A stretch of 64,000 nt of DNA, from contig JALMLS010000140.1 of the NCBI GenBank assembly GCA_038496445.1, forward strand, positions 31,546 through 95,545, read 5' to 3'. The position numbers were made by a program, and so were the translations under genes. Shown piece after piece: positions 51,871 to 64,000 of the stretch. Source of the DNA: Trichosphaerium sp. ATCC 40318. Its lineage: Eukaryota > Protista > Tubulinea. The notes beneath the pieces were generated by a model, which made no database searches, was not told the DNA's origin, and saw nothing but the letters and a program-made list of their open reading frames with translations. Each line of letters begins with the position of its first letter. Within the stretch, counting starts at the first letter, position 1.

Positions 51871-53696
51871 TCAATACACTTTCTTAATTCTATTCTTTTG
51901 TGTCCTCTTTGTTGTTTTTCTTCTCTTTTTTCTTTGTGAAGTAGGAACAAACTAAAACAAAACAAATACCATCAGACAACAAGCAACGTAAAAGAAAACA
52001 AATGAAGAAAAAGAAATTTCTTTCCTTCAAAAAAAAAAAAGTTACCTCAAAATCATCTTCCGAGTTATACTCTTCATTAGGTGTATCCATAAAACTATAT
52101 GCCATATAATCTTGCTGTACTAAAGCATCTTCCTGTCTTTGAAGAGCAAGAGCAAGTTTTCTGTCAGCCTCTTCACAAGGAATCGACGTGCTTGGCTGAC
52201 AATTACTTTTCTTTGTATTATCACTTGAATTTTTTACGACGAGTTGAATTTTCTTCTTAGGTGTTACTTCAGGTGTATTTGAACGTTTACGTTTCTTTGG
52301 GGATGTAACAACATTTACCAAAAAATTAGATTTAGCGACACTAATAAAATCCTCCTAAACCTACAATGAGCAACATCCAAATGCACGTGATGTGGAAAAT
52401 GAAAGTCATAAAAAAAAAAAGAAAAACGAAAACGTGTACAGTTCTGCATTCAAATCCTACTTTTTTTTCTCCTGAAAAATACAGTTTTTATAAGCAAAAT
52501 AGCCGCGTTTCTGTGGAAAATAGTAGAGAATTTGAACTGTATTCGGTGAAATTCTTTTTGACCTAAAAAAGGTGCGTACAGAGCTATCATCTGATCCAGG
52601 CATACCACTATCTGAGAGAGCCAGTTGTACGTTATTTGTTTCATCAACAGACATAGGATCATTATTAACAATATCGCTACCCTCCATAAAATCACCAGAA
52701 CCAGCATCTACAAAACGCGTAAGAAAAAAATGAGAAAAATAGCAATTCGAAATGAATGCTTAGAGTTGCATGATAGATCAACACTATAAAATATAAATAA
52801 GATGATAACTCACCATCAGAGTCTATTGAAGGTACAGACTCAACACTAGGTGTATCAGCGTCTTTTGGATTGAAATTTGGAATTCGGAGAATAATTTTTG
52901 GCGTTTTTGTTGATTCTTCCTTTCTTATTTTCTGAAGCTCCTCCAATCTTTTTTGGTACTCTACCAGACGCTTACGTAACATTTTAAGCCTACCTTTACA
53001 TAACAAGTTAATACACAAAACGAGAAAATAATAGAAAAAGTCAAAAAAACCAAAGTCAAAGAATGGTACCTTGGTTGATAACAGTGCTATTAACTTTATT
53101 CAAATGCTGCCCACGTCTATCAGGTACAACTACAGCATCTGCTACATCATCTGGTAGCCCATAGTCGGCTTTATTTTGCCGTATTTTCTCTTTTCTTTCA
53201 GCGACCGTCAATTTATTTCCAGTGTTGATTATACAACCAGATTTCCTTACGACATTTGTTCTTTTACTATTTGCTTCACGTATAGGGTTCGGATCAAGGC
53301 GTATACCTTCAAACTCTAAAATAGGCGATAAACACATGTAATTCACCAATAACCGGCTAATAGTGGTATAAATATGATGTTAGTGTACCTGCGAGACTTT
53401 GCTGACCCAAAAGCCGTTGTGATTGCATGTTTAGCTGGCAGGGCGTTTTACCTGGTAAACAGCCTGATTTCACAATAGTCTGCCATGAGCCAATACCAAA
53501 ACGCATAAGCGCCTGTATAAAAAGGTTAAACGAGCAAGTTTCGCAGAATATTTGAAATAACAATATTGTTAACGCCGTTCATAACTCTGAGGGCATTATA
53601 ACGTACCAGTCGAAGAATTTGTAACTCTTCGTTTGTCCATCCGGGAGCAGCTGTTAGGTTATATAAGCTGGCACTATTTATTCCCTTTAGGGCCAT
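51871..53696 (-). CDS. AMTP1: p1 (AMTP1) homeobox-like subunit of the MTA1c/AMT1 DNA N6-adenine methyltransferase complex
   Basis: PGWTNEELQILRLALMRFGIGSWQTIVKSGCLPGKTPCQLNMQSQRLLGQQSLAEF...VVRKSGCIINTG closely matches ciliate p1 as I recall it (PGWREEEVKILKSALQLFGIGKWKKIMESGCLPGKSIGQIYMQTQRLLGQQSLGDF...RKNNCIINTG). Confidence 0.88.
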
Positions 53697-53810
53697 CTAG
53701 CCGTTGGTTTACCGCGGAAAAATAAGGCGTTTGAAATTCGTTTAAGCCAGAAACAACTTATACTCGCAGTAGGCCTAGTTAGTCCGTTATTGTTTTACAA
53801 AAAGTACACC

Positions 53811-55626
53811 ATGTCATACGTCAAAAAACTAGTGTATGTAGGCGCACCTATCCAGACAGGTCAAGAATTACATGGTCCAGAACGTGCTCCTGATGCCCTA
53901 CGCGAGGCTGGACTCCTAGATAGGATAAAAAACAATATTGGGTGCGAAGTACAGGATTTAGGTAACTCCCCGCTTATTACAGGCGAAAAGGTACCATAAA
54001 GCACGACCACACGTTGCTTATAGATACTAGGACCCAAAAGAAAAACAAAAGGCAATGCATGCAAGAGAAGTGTCGTTATCTTGTGGTAAACTCGCTGAAA
54101 TAGTAACCAAAGCGGCAGAAAAACAAGAAGACTTCGTACTGACGGTTGGTGGAGATCACTCAATAGCAATGGGAAGTATTACAGGGTACGCGCGTATTAT
54201 CCGCTCATGTCACAATTATTCCGCAATAATCAAAAAAAACTTTCATTATTTTACTTGAACGACGCTCAAAGTATAGCAAACGTAATTACACGTATACAAT
54301 AACGCCAAATGCGGTTTAATTACCACTTACTATTCCCTCATAGAATACTAGCTTCACGACCTGACACATGCGTTATTTGGGTAGACGCTCATGGAGATAT
54401 CAACACCCCAATGACTTCTGGTGAGAAAAGGAGAAAAATGTCAACAACTTATTTTCTAAACTTTTATTAGACTCTGGACACATACACGGCATGCCTGTCG
54501 CTGCGTTACTTGGTACCACGCCCATATACGTCCATAGCGTTTAAACTAACGATTTTTAAGGCGAATTCACTAAAGAAGACATGGACGCAGAGGGACTCGC
54601 TTGGTTAGAACCTAGACTAGATCCAAAGCGTATTGTACGCTTTTTAGCCAAAATAAGTAACAAAAAAATTGCCAATTTTCCGTTGGTAATTTCTGTCACA
54701 ATCAACAGTTTTATGTATTGTGAACGTATGGATATACTCTGATACACTTTGAATAGGCGTATATTGGTCTGAGAGATATTGATCAAGGTGAAAAGGAAAT
54801 AATCAAACGACTTGGAATAGCAACATACACAATGCACGAAGTTGATAAATATGGCATGGATAGTGTTGTTCGTATGGCATTAGATAAAATTAATCCTGAT
54901 AGAGGTATAATCAAATCAATTTAAAGTCACAAAATCACAAGGTTTTTCGTTAATTGGTTTTTTTTCTTGTCATTGTGAATTTTTTTTCTCGACATTGATG
55001 AGACTTATTCGCGAAATAGTTCGTCCCATTCATGTCAGTTTTGATGTTGACGGATTAGACCCAGAGCAAGCTCCATCGACAGGTAAACTAGACACATATT
55101 ACATCACACTAACGCCATCAAAAAGGCACAAAGGTTTTAGGTGGTCTGACTTTCAGAGAAGCCAGGTATATGCTCGAAGAAATAGTTAAGACCCGTCTAT
55201 TCAGGTACGCAATTAAACTCATGTGATGCAGTACTTTCAGTACAACTCCTCAAACCCATCTCGATCGTAAAAACCAAAAAAAGAATATACGAAAAGTGAT
55301 TTTTTTTCTATTTCCAAAAAATGATGTTATAACATCAGAAAACAGCTAAAAAACGCCGGAAACATCGGGAACACACTTTCCAAGTATATAACCGGTTGTT
55401 ATCGCACGTACTTTTTTGATTAATACTGATGTTGTGGTCTTTTTTGGAGAAAGTTGGTAAACTTTTACATACTAACTTTCCAAATAGATCAATGGATCTT
55501 GTTGAGATCAACCCTATAGAATCACCTGCATACTTTAATTATGGAGATGAACGTGTAAATCTAACAGTTGCAGTTGGTATGGAGCTTGTACTATGCGCTC
55601 TAGGCCATACACTGTTCGGTCTTTAA
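53811..55626 (+). CDS. ARG1: Arginase
   Basis: GPERAPDALREAGL, GGDHSIAMGS, WVDAHGDINTP, SGHIHGMPV, YIGLRDID, HVSFDVDGLDP, MDLVEINP. Confidence 0.97.
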
Positions 55627-56216
55627 GAAAATCGACATCTTTGATGATGTTTTTTTTGTTTGTTTTCTTTTTGGTTGTCAAGCGGATTAACGCGCTAGCG
55701 CTTCGAGTAGCGTGATGCTATATACCGCAATGTGAAATAAAGACTTAAAATAGCCAATTAAAGCCGTTTTTTCTGGCTTCTGTGCTTCAAATCAATTTTG
55801 TTTCAATTTCGTTATTAACAACGCACATCACACTCCGGTAATCAACACTCACGTATATATACCTCTAAAAGGGTAACGACACAAAAAAAAAAAACATCAC
55901 TCATTGCGTCATCTGTATTTCAATTCATTACACAATTATTTGTCGGCTTACTGCATCACCTGGCACATCACACATATGTGCTCTATTGTTACTGTATTCA
56001 GAGGGCTAACAACTTTCACCATGAAGTCTTCAAAACCTATGGTAATTTTCTTCCGCAGATGTAAAAAAAAAAAAAAAATTTATCAAATTGTTCTTGGTTT
56101 GGAGTGTTGGGTTGCCTCTGGTGGCGTAACATACACAACAAATGAACCTGGCTGCAAACTCCTAGTAGATACGAATAATAATTGTATTATAGCCAAGAAC
56201 GCCCATACGACCTCAG

Positions 56217-57940
56217 ATGGGTAATAAGTCATCTCCGCACAAGAAATTAAAGCAAGTACCGAAGGATGCAAGCTTTAGCGAAGAATTTCAAACCCCTAAA
56301 GTATCGATTGCGCTTGTCAAAACTTCACCGGATGCAGGTAAACTATAATGAACCTCCTTTTGGTGGTATTTGTTTTTTTTGCTAACCAAACCAAGGTTTT
56401 CCTCTCCCACTCGAGGTGGTAGTGCGCATACTAGTAATGTTACCGGTTAACGACGTTGTACTCAGCGTTGCACGCGTGAATAAGTTTTGCTACACATGCA
56501 GTCTCTCTGGGGTGCGTCACACGACAGGGCATTTGTTTGCAACAAAAGCGCAATTATTCAAGCCGATTTTTTCACAATCTGACCCAATAATTTGGTTTCG
56601 GCTCTGATCTTTTCCCAAACGCATTTAACACATTCTCCGACTCATCGTCTGCGTTTTTAGGCTTTATGGAAACCAGCATACTTTACCTTGCTTAATGGTG
56701 GAGTACATGTGACTGCTATACCAAACATGCCTGGTACGTAACCAGCTCGTTTTTACGGTAAAAAATTGCTTCGCACGTTTTTTTTATTCAGGAGTTGTAT
56801 TTTAGCTCCAACTTTATGCCTGACAGTGCTAACTAGGTAACTATGACGGAAAATGGCGTTTTAATGTACAACATGTAATCGCGTATGATTGCACCTTAGC
56901 AGATGAAAAAGGCGATGATATTTGGCGAGCGATATATAAGAGCCGTCGTGCTGAGATTTTTGAAAAGGTAGCGACACAACGAAAGCCGGGATTGCGCAAT
57001 TTCCGACTTTTTTTTTTTTTTTCTGAGCACAACTACGCGCGTTATCAAAGTGTTATAAATGTTCTACGTACTGTAAATACTAACTCAACGTAGTCCGTGG
57101 CACTATTAAAGTATGCGGCAACAACAGACAAGGTAAAGGCCATTGTTAAAGTTAAAAAGTGCCCACATCCTTTCACACAGTACGTTTATCGATATTAATT
57201 AAAGAATATACATCTGCTTAATTAATTAATTCCCCCGACGTTGTTCACGTCAACATTTTCCCAATCTTTTTTTGTCTCAACACAACACCCGAGTTTTTTG
57301 TGTGTTTTTTTTTTTTGAAATGATCGAGTTGAGAAGTACTTTTCTGAAAACACAAATTTTGTTTGTGGGGTAATTAGTCTGTTTTCAAGAAAACGTGAGA
57401 ATTCGTTTTTTTTCTCACTTTTTTTTTTCTTCGATAGGATTTTTTTCGACCAAAAGGATGTACAAAGTAAGGACGTTGTTGAAGGGGGGGAAATAATAGA
57501 GGTGGTACATCCTCATGGTATAATATGGTGTCACAGGTGTGGTATGTGGATGGAAATGCGTACTGCAAAGTATATCGAGTATACTCCAGTAGATCTAAGT
57601 CATACACAATCAAAACGTTATACAGGGTCTAAATCAAAACTTACAGCCGAGCAAATTCGGGGTACGTTTGCAAGTAGTTATAACCTAAACAAAAAAGAGG
57701 CCAACTGCCATTTTTGACGGTCTTAAAATTTCAATGGGTTTCTTTTTTACCCTACAAAGTCACCTTCTACGTGCAGATTTCTTACCCTGAGATTGGGCTA
57801 AAAAGCAATTGAAACCAATACAGAATACTGATATTGTTTTAGCGAAGAAACTAAAGCACAAGCAAGAGCATGAAGCTAAAAAACCAGAGATTGTGAGTGC
57901 TAAATGGAAAATGTACAGACGGCCGCCCCCTAAGAGATAA
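56217..57940 (+). CDS. Putative N-myristoylated F-box protein
   Basis: MGNKSS start; F-box LPLEVVVRILVMLPVNDVVLSVARVNK...LW; last exon ambiguous (stop at 57790 or 57940). Confidence 0.7.
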
Positions 57941-58438
57941 CAAATCTCTGCGTAATACCGCAAAGAAAGGGGCGGTACGTAGCAGATGAGAAAAAAAAGA
58001 AAAAGATTTACCTCAAAACTACAACCAGAAGAGAAAAAACATGTGAGAACAATAGCAGACCTTGGCAAAACAGATAGACCAATCCTGCCTTCAAAACATG
58101 CTTTTTTTTTTTTTTGTAAATATCACTTTCATGCTACAACAGAAAAGAAGGGTATTGTGTGTATTGTGATGTAGGAAACGAGAATTTAAATGTGTAAAGT
58201 GTAAGGAGTATAAATGTAAAAAAAAAAAATCCACCAAAAAAAAAACAGAAAAAAAAAACTCGAAAATAAAACACTGTATTGTGCTTTTTACAAAAATCTC
58301 GTTTGTTTAAGATTGTAAACTACTTCGAAGGTTATAGTGTACAATAAACTGGGAAGCAGGTTTGAAGGTATTTGGGATGCGGAGTTCCTGTTTGTGAAGC
58401 AAAATATTAGACCAATTTTTGTGCTTTTAAGGTTTGTG

Positions 58439-59648
58439 TCACGTGATTGCGGAGTTTATTTTTTTGTAAATCTCCATTGCGTTATTTGCTTGTTCTATTG
58501 TCCGGATTCTATGTATTGTAACCTATATCACAAAGTGCTTAGAAGTAAACCTTTAACAAAAAATGCGTACAGCATTATTAATCTTGTTTCTTTTTTCTTC
58601 TTCATCTCCATTGTAAAGAGTCTTCTTAGGACTTTGGTGAAAGTCCTTGTTATCGGAGCAAAATCTCTTTCCTTCCACAAACACTATAGCTGCCATGCAC
58701 ATGTCCTTTAACGTTTTTTGTGAATCCATACTGCGTGGGATATCGCGTAAAGAAAGAAAGAAAATCGAAATACGGATTAAACGACGTACTTCTCCGCTAA
58801 AAATACGAGGTTTAAGTTTGCATACTCTTTTCAAGGTTTTTTTATACTTGTTTCCATTTCTCATTATATATTCCATTAATCCACCTGATATTACGTACCC
58901 CGAACCACCTTATATAGGGTATTAGTAATATCTACAAAATAGAAAAGACGTTGATATAGCACCTTCACAGTAAGGTATTTTTTTAACTTTTAGTCTTCCA
59001 ATAAAGTGTCTTTCTCTCCAATTGTATCCATCAAGTGTTTTAAGCAAGTTATGTATAACTACCAGTGTGTCATCGTCAATCTTTATATACCATTTTTTAT
59101 TTGGATATAGTCTATGAGCATCAAGAAGTGCGAGTGGTACTCTCCTAAGTAGTCTAGATTTTTTTATTAATCTGTTGCAAAAAAAAAACCACCTAGCCAA
59201 GTAAGTACCTCTTGCCCATCTCTTTTACGCGTAGTACGCGTGCCTCTGGCATATTCTTTAATTTTTTATCTGAGTAAAAAACAATAGATTTCTTAGGCAC
59301 GTGTTTGTACCATGTGTCTTTCATTATCGATAGTCTTTCACTTGTCACTTTACCTGAATAAAAGGTACGCTTAGAATAAATGTATCTTCTACCAGTTCCA
59401 CGTGCGTACTTGTAAAAACGATAAAAAGAATATCATCAATGTCATAAGGCTCATGACGCTTTGTTTCACTACTTCACAGTGAGTGGAGCTTGATTTTATC
59501 CTCGCTAGTTAACAAGCAAGCTAAATAAGTCGTACCTTTGAATAAATAAAGCTAGAAGTATAGACGCAATCAAATACAGTGACACCACTACAATACCTCC
59601 AAGTATACGTGATTTTAACGGTTTCAGCCGTTTACGTCTTCGTATCAT
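58439..59648 (-). CDS. GT31 (Fringe / beta-1,3-glycosyltransferase) type II membrane protein
   Basis: N-terminal TM; KWYIKIDDDTLV; YCEGGSGYVIS; GEDMCM; AVTIH. Confidence 0.88.
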
Positions 59649-59852
59649 CAACACAAAAGGTACATTGACTTAGATTTAACGACCAGGCCTCACATACAGT
59701 TAATTCATTTTCACCTTTGATTTCTCAAACCAGCTTTGACTTTTGTTGAAAAAAAGCTGTTTCTAAATTTTTTTTGTCTTCTTAAATAGGCTGATTGTAT
59801 TCGTATTTTCTGTAAGAGCTCTGTATAGCGTATAGTGTAATAACAGAGCGTA

Positions 59853-61298
59853 ATGGGTAAGTTATTGCGAAAGTCTTGATCTATAAATATTAATTGCTGT
59901 TAGAAACGCTTCCAGCAGAAGTAATGCTGTACTTACTAGAGGTTGCGGATATTGAAACGCTTGTTCATACTATTTCAGTATGTATGATTTGTTTTGCGCT
60001 TTAGAATACGCCCTAACGTTGCTTACAGGTGTCATCACTATTTAACGGTATTTTAACGCATGAGGGTTACAATTTGACAGCAAGGATAAAGTGTTACAGG
60101 TTTATCGCTACAATTACTTCTATACGCTTACTGCAGCGTAGAGAATACGGTTTTAAAGAAAATACGTCAAAATTATCTTGGAAAGGCCTCTACTCGAGTT
60201 TAAGTGCGTTAAAACGTATCTCTACATCTTACTAATGTTTTTAAGGTGATGATAGATTCATACTCACTGATTATGCAAAGTCTCACGTTGAGTTTTTTGA
60301 GGATAAAGATTATAAAGATGCTATTTGTGGAAGACTAATTAAAGAAGATGATGAAGGGGAGCCAGCGTTTTGTGGTAATTTGCTTTACCAAGGTGGTACA
60401 TATTTATTTGGTGTACGTTTAATTGGTAGTGATGGTATTATGATTGGAGGCACGTGTATTATGACAAAGTGGAAACAATAAGTATTGATTGTTGGAAAAA
60501 AATGAGAATTTCAGGCTGTTTTATCTTTTGATTTTAAGACTCGATGGTGAGTAGTTCTTTGACATATCTTCTTTCTTAGTTTCAAGAGAAGAAGCCGGAC
60601 TTTTCCCTCAACTTGGTTCTAACTCACACGGATGGAGTTTTACAATGGATGTATGTTAATGTTTTATTGTATTTTTGTTGATATTCGACTTTAAGGTAGA
60701 ATGGTCTTTTACGGGTGGAAATTGGAAAGCAACAAACCAAACTGTTGATAAAGATGGTAAGCACATTAAATCAAATATTCGGTTTCTTGTCCGCCACTTG
60801 TGTGACCTCAAAAGAAGAAAATATAGTACTCCTTCACTTGTATTCATATAAATATCTAGGTATTTTATTTATAGTATATGATAGTACAATGGATATTATG
60901 TTTTGTTATGATAAAACAGGAAAGAAGAAGGCATCACTTGAAGACTTATATGTAGAGCCAGACGATATTTTAAGAATTCATACTTCATTATGGCATGTTG
61001 GTGACTTTGGACAGGTATGTAATTATTGAACACTTAAAGCGAAAACATATCACATTTTTTTTGATCAAAGGATTTGTTGATATTAAAGTGAACTCATCAC
61101 AGTTTCAATACTTTGTATATTCTTAGTTAGTTTGCAAAGTATTGAACTGCCACTAAGATACAGGCGTGTAATTAAATAAATTTTTAGGGGCTATTCTGTT
61201 GGACATTAACAAGAGAGGAGAAAGAAAGTAATGATATCCGAACAGATATAAGTGGGATATTAAAGAATCGTGGTTTCGTTCAAACACCAAAACTATAA
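59853..61298 (+). CDS. F-box + SPRY-domain protein
   Basis: METLPAEVMLYLL F-box; GGTYLFGVRLIGSDGIMIGVS...LGSNSHGWSF SPRY pattern, joined by GC-AG intron 60450-60579. Confidence 0.75.
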
Positions 61299-61972
61299 AC
61301 CAAGGACTCCCTTTGTTTATTTAACTATTGACACTAGTACGGTTATGAGGTATTCAACTTCATTTTTTTAATAAGGGTACAGCGTAGACATTTCAGTTCA
61401 AAGATTATCTGCTAAAGGGCAAATCGGGGATTCTGATTTTGTCTTTACTGTAGCGCTGTTTTCTAACAAACACCTGTTCTCACTACTAAAATACAAGTGT
61501 TAAATTGGAGTTCCTACGTTCTATATACCTGTCAGTAGTTCCTGACAATGTTAAACTCGAACAGAATTACTCCTTTGAGTGGGTACTAAATACAAATCTG
61601 CAACCTTTTTTGTCTTTAGTTTTGAACAGAATACCGTTTCCATTGAAGATGGAACATTTGTTTCGTTGACTGAAAATGATTGTCTCAGCAAAGGACACAA
61701 TGCAACAAAGTCAATGGCATTACATCCCTGTTCGTTTTTCGAATTAACAAATGCATTATACTATGCTTCAAACACATTTACAGTTCACGAGTCTTCTCAG
61801 AATAACACAATAGTGGATCTAGAGCCAATAAAGAGTGAGCGTATTTACTTCCAAAAGGGCTTTGTAACAAAGTCGCCCAATCTAATTACACTAGCGTATT
61901 TTTTAATGCACACTCAGTTAAGTCACTAAAAATAACACGTGCTCAAACTGCAATGCATCTCAGCTTATTAAC

Positions 61973-63507
61973 ATGGTAGTTAAACCCATGGGCTTGATAG
62001 TTAAACTAGGGATAGTATTCGCAATGTGCTGCGCTATAACTTTTTGTATTTCGCTTGTTCTTTCAATTCCAACATCAAACATGAAGGTTAACCCTCTATA
62101 CTACGAGTACGTCGACACTAGAGGCTTCGATGTACATAACGCCGATATTGACGCTTCAAACTGCGCTCTATGTACTGAATCAACGGATGTCCATCTAAAA
62201 AAGCGTAAATTCATTGTAGACGGTCCTAAGCATCAATACAAAACAATAATTAGAGAAGCACGTGGCTTAACTTCAACTTTGAGTCCTAACACATTATAGG
62301 CCACTTTAATACCTTCTAAGACTGCAGTGGTCTCAATCGATATGTGGGACAATCACTGGTGTCCTGACGATAAAGCACGAGCTCTGGCGCTTGCTCCAAT
62401 TGTAAACATTACACTCAACGCAGCCAGAGCGAAAGGTACTTTATTGGGAAACAATCACGTGTGTTCTTATTTTTGATAGGGATACAGGTCATTCACGCAC
62501 CTGCTGATATTCTAGGTTTTTATAGAAGACATCCTGCTCGTATACGTGCATATAGACTTAGACATGGATGCCCAAAAGAAGAATTAAAAAAAAATATGGT
62601 AGAGTATGTTATGTCACGTGTCTTTATATATAGCACTTTGTTTACTAGTGGAGCAACATGCTAATTATTATTGCAGATGGAAACCACCAAAATTACCTGC
62701 ATTTGAACTCACAAAGTGTTTTAACAAAGAGGCTAACCCAACAATGGTATGGACACGTATTAATCCAGATATCCATGTTGACAACGAAGATTTTTTGAGT
62801 ATGTATTTGAGATTGTACTTACTATTAACAAAACTGCACTAGTTGATCCTGATCACGAGACAGAGTTGTTTTGCTTGCTTCATAAGCTAAGTATGTAACT
62901 TCATTCCAAATGCAATAGCGTGAAATGTGAGCCTTAATTTTGTTTTAGAAATCGATACTATCATCTATGTTGGCATTCATTCCAATTATTGTGTTACTAA
63001 TAGACCTGCTGGTATGGTAAAAGCAAGGCAACATGGATTTAATACAATAATAGTACGCCCTTTCATCACGTGATTGTTTTCTTTATAGAACCTTGTTTTG
63101 AACTGAAACTCCATCTTTAACATAGGTGCCTGAAGCGACACAATGTAGTAACAATCCAGAAGAACCTCCATACTTGAACAATGATCTTGCTTGTGATATT
63201 GCAATCAGGTTTATAGAGAGTCATATTGCTACTGAAGGTGCTCTTATTAACACCTCTTAAAAGCTTATTTTTTCAATACTTATCAAATGTACAAACTTCC
63301 ATGTTTAATAAAGAGCAGTATGTATGTAATGCTCATCTCGATTTCTGTCTTCAAGGGTGTCGTAACGGTGGAAAGGGACATTCATTACTTCCCTCCAAAA
63401 CAAGGTCAAGCGTGACTTTGTACTTTGTAGGCGCTCATTTGCCTTCACACTTCAAGAAAAACGCAATTTACTTTGCATCTTTGTTTATCGTTAATTTACA
63501 ACCATAA
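61973..63507 (+). CDS. Isochorismatase-family cysteine hydrolase with N-terminal TM/signal anchor
   Basis: TAVVSIDMWDNHWC, ARAKGIQVIHAP, IIYVGIHSNYCVTNRPAGM; GC-AG intron 62258-62299; last exon frame uncertain (stop at about 63415 or 63507). Confidence 0.85.
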
Positions 63508-64000
63508 ATAGAAAAAACATTATTTATCTTTAAGTTAACATGCATACAGATGAACGGGAATTTGTCTAGTGGTATAATTAAGGACCCATACATGATCAAT
63601 TACGCGTACAGTACATCCTGCATTGCATTCCTTTGTTCACTTAAACGAGCCGAAAGGGAAAAACAAGAATATCAAGTAAGGCAAGCTCTGATGCATGTAT
63701 TTATCTGAAAACACACAGTTTAAACTAGTGCAATCAATATTACATTGGCAACCAAACACCCCTTCTTAAGGAACGAAGAACAATAGCGTTTAAGTTGTTT
63801 TCAAAAAAATAACAAACTATTACTCTATACGCACGTGATATGCGCCAGATACTTTTATTCGCTTTATTAGGATTTTTATCCGTTATAGCTATGCCTGAAT
63901 TTTCTTGGGATACACCTCCTGTGTTTGTACACATGTGTCAACGCTCGGGAGCGTTTAATAAAAGCCAAGTCGAGTATTTAGCGCGATACCCTATTGTCAC

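Noticed and set aside
61579-61929. 116-aa ORF between the SPRY and isochorismatase genes
   Set aside because: No ATG-initiated or spliced model and no recognisable motif; it may be a real exon but is unsupported.

Overview
AT-rich (roughly 35% GC by eye), gene-dense eukaryotic nuclear DNA from an intron-rich unicellular organism. It is protist-like and possibly amoebozoan, but the sequence alone does not fix the taxon. Most genes are split by short (about 35-130 nt, a few up to ~270 nt) spliceosomal introns, so the ORF track shows only fragments; I reassembled about 30 gene models by hand. The standard genetic code fits. The most striking feature is a four-copy paralog cluster (1-17.1 kb) encoding F-box + H4-like histone fold + second (H3/H2B-like) histone fold + BTB/POZ + variable C-terminus. 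It shows patchwork gene conversion, one copy appears pseudogenised, and the last copy sits head-to-head with a CENP-S/MHF1 gene. Other notable items: at least six GC-AG introns that all start GCACGTG; about 65-70 copies of CACGTG; a GT-GG U12-like intron; a 78-bp self-complementary element upstream of both long intronless genes; a homolog of p1 (AMTP1), a subunit of the ApT 6mA DNA-methyltransferase complex; an aerolysin-like secreted protein; an unannotated Cys-rich secreted peptide; three predicted pseudophosphatases; and an inverted, intron-containing fragment copied from a gene 21 kb away. Housekeeping genes include thioredoxin reductase, arginase, an EEF1AKMT4-like methyltransferase, O-fucosyltransferase and GT31 glycosyltransferase. 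No rRNA, tRNA, CRISPR array or transposase was recognised. All family assignments are from motif recognition by eye, not from database searches.
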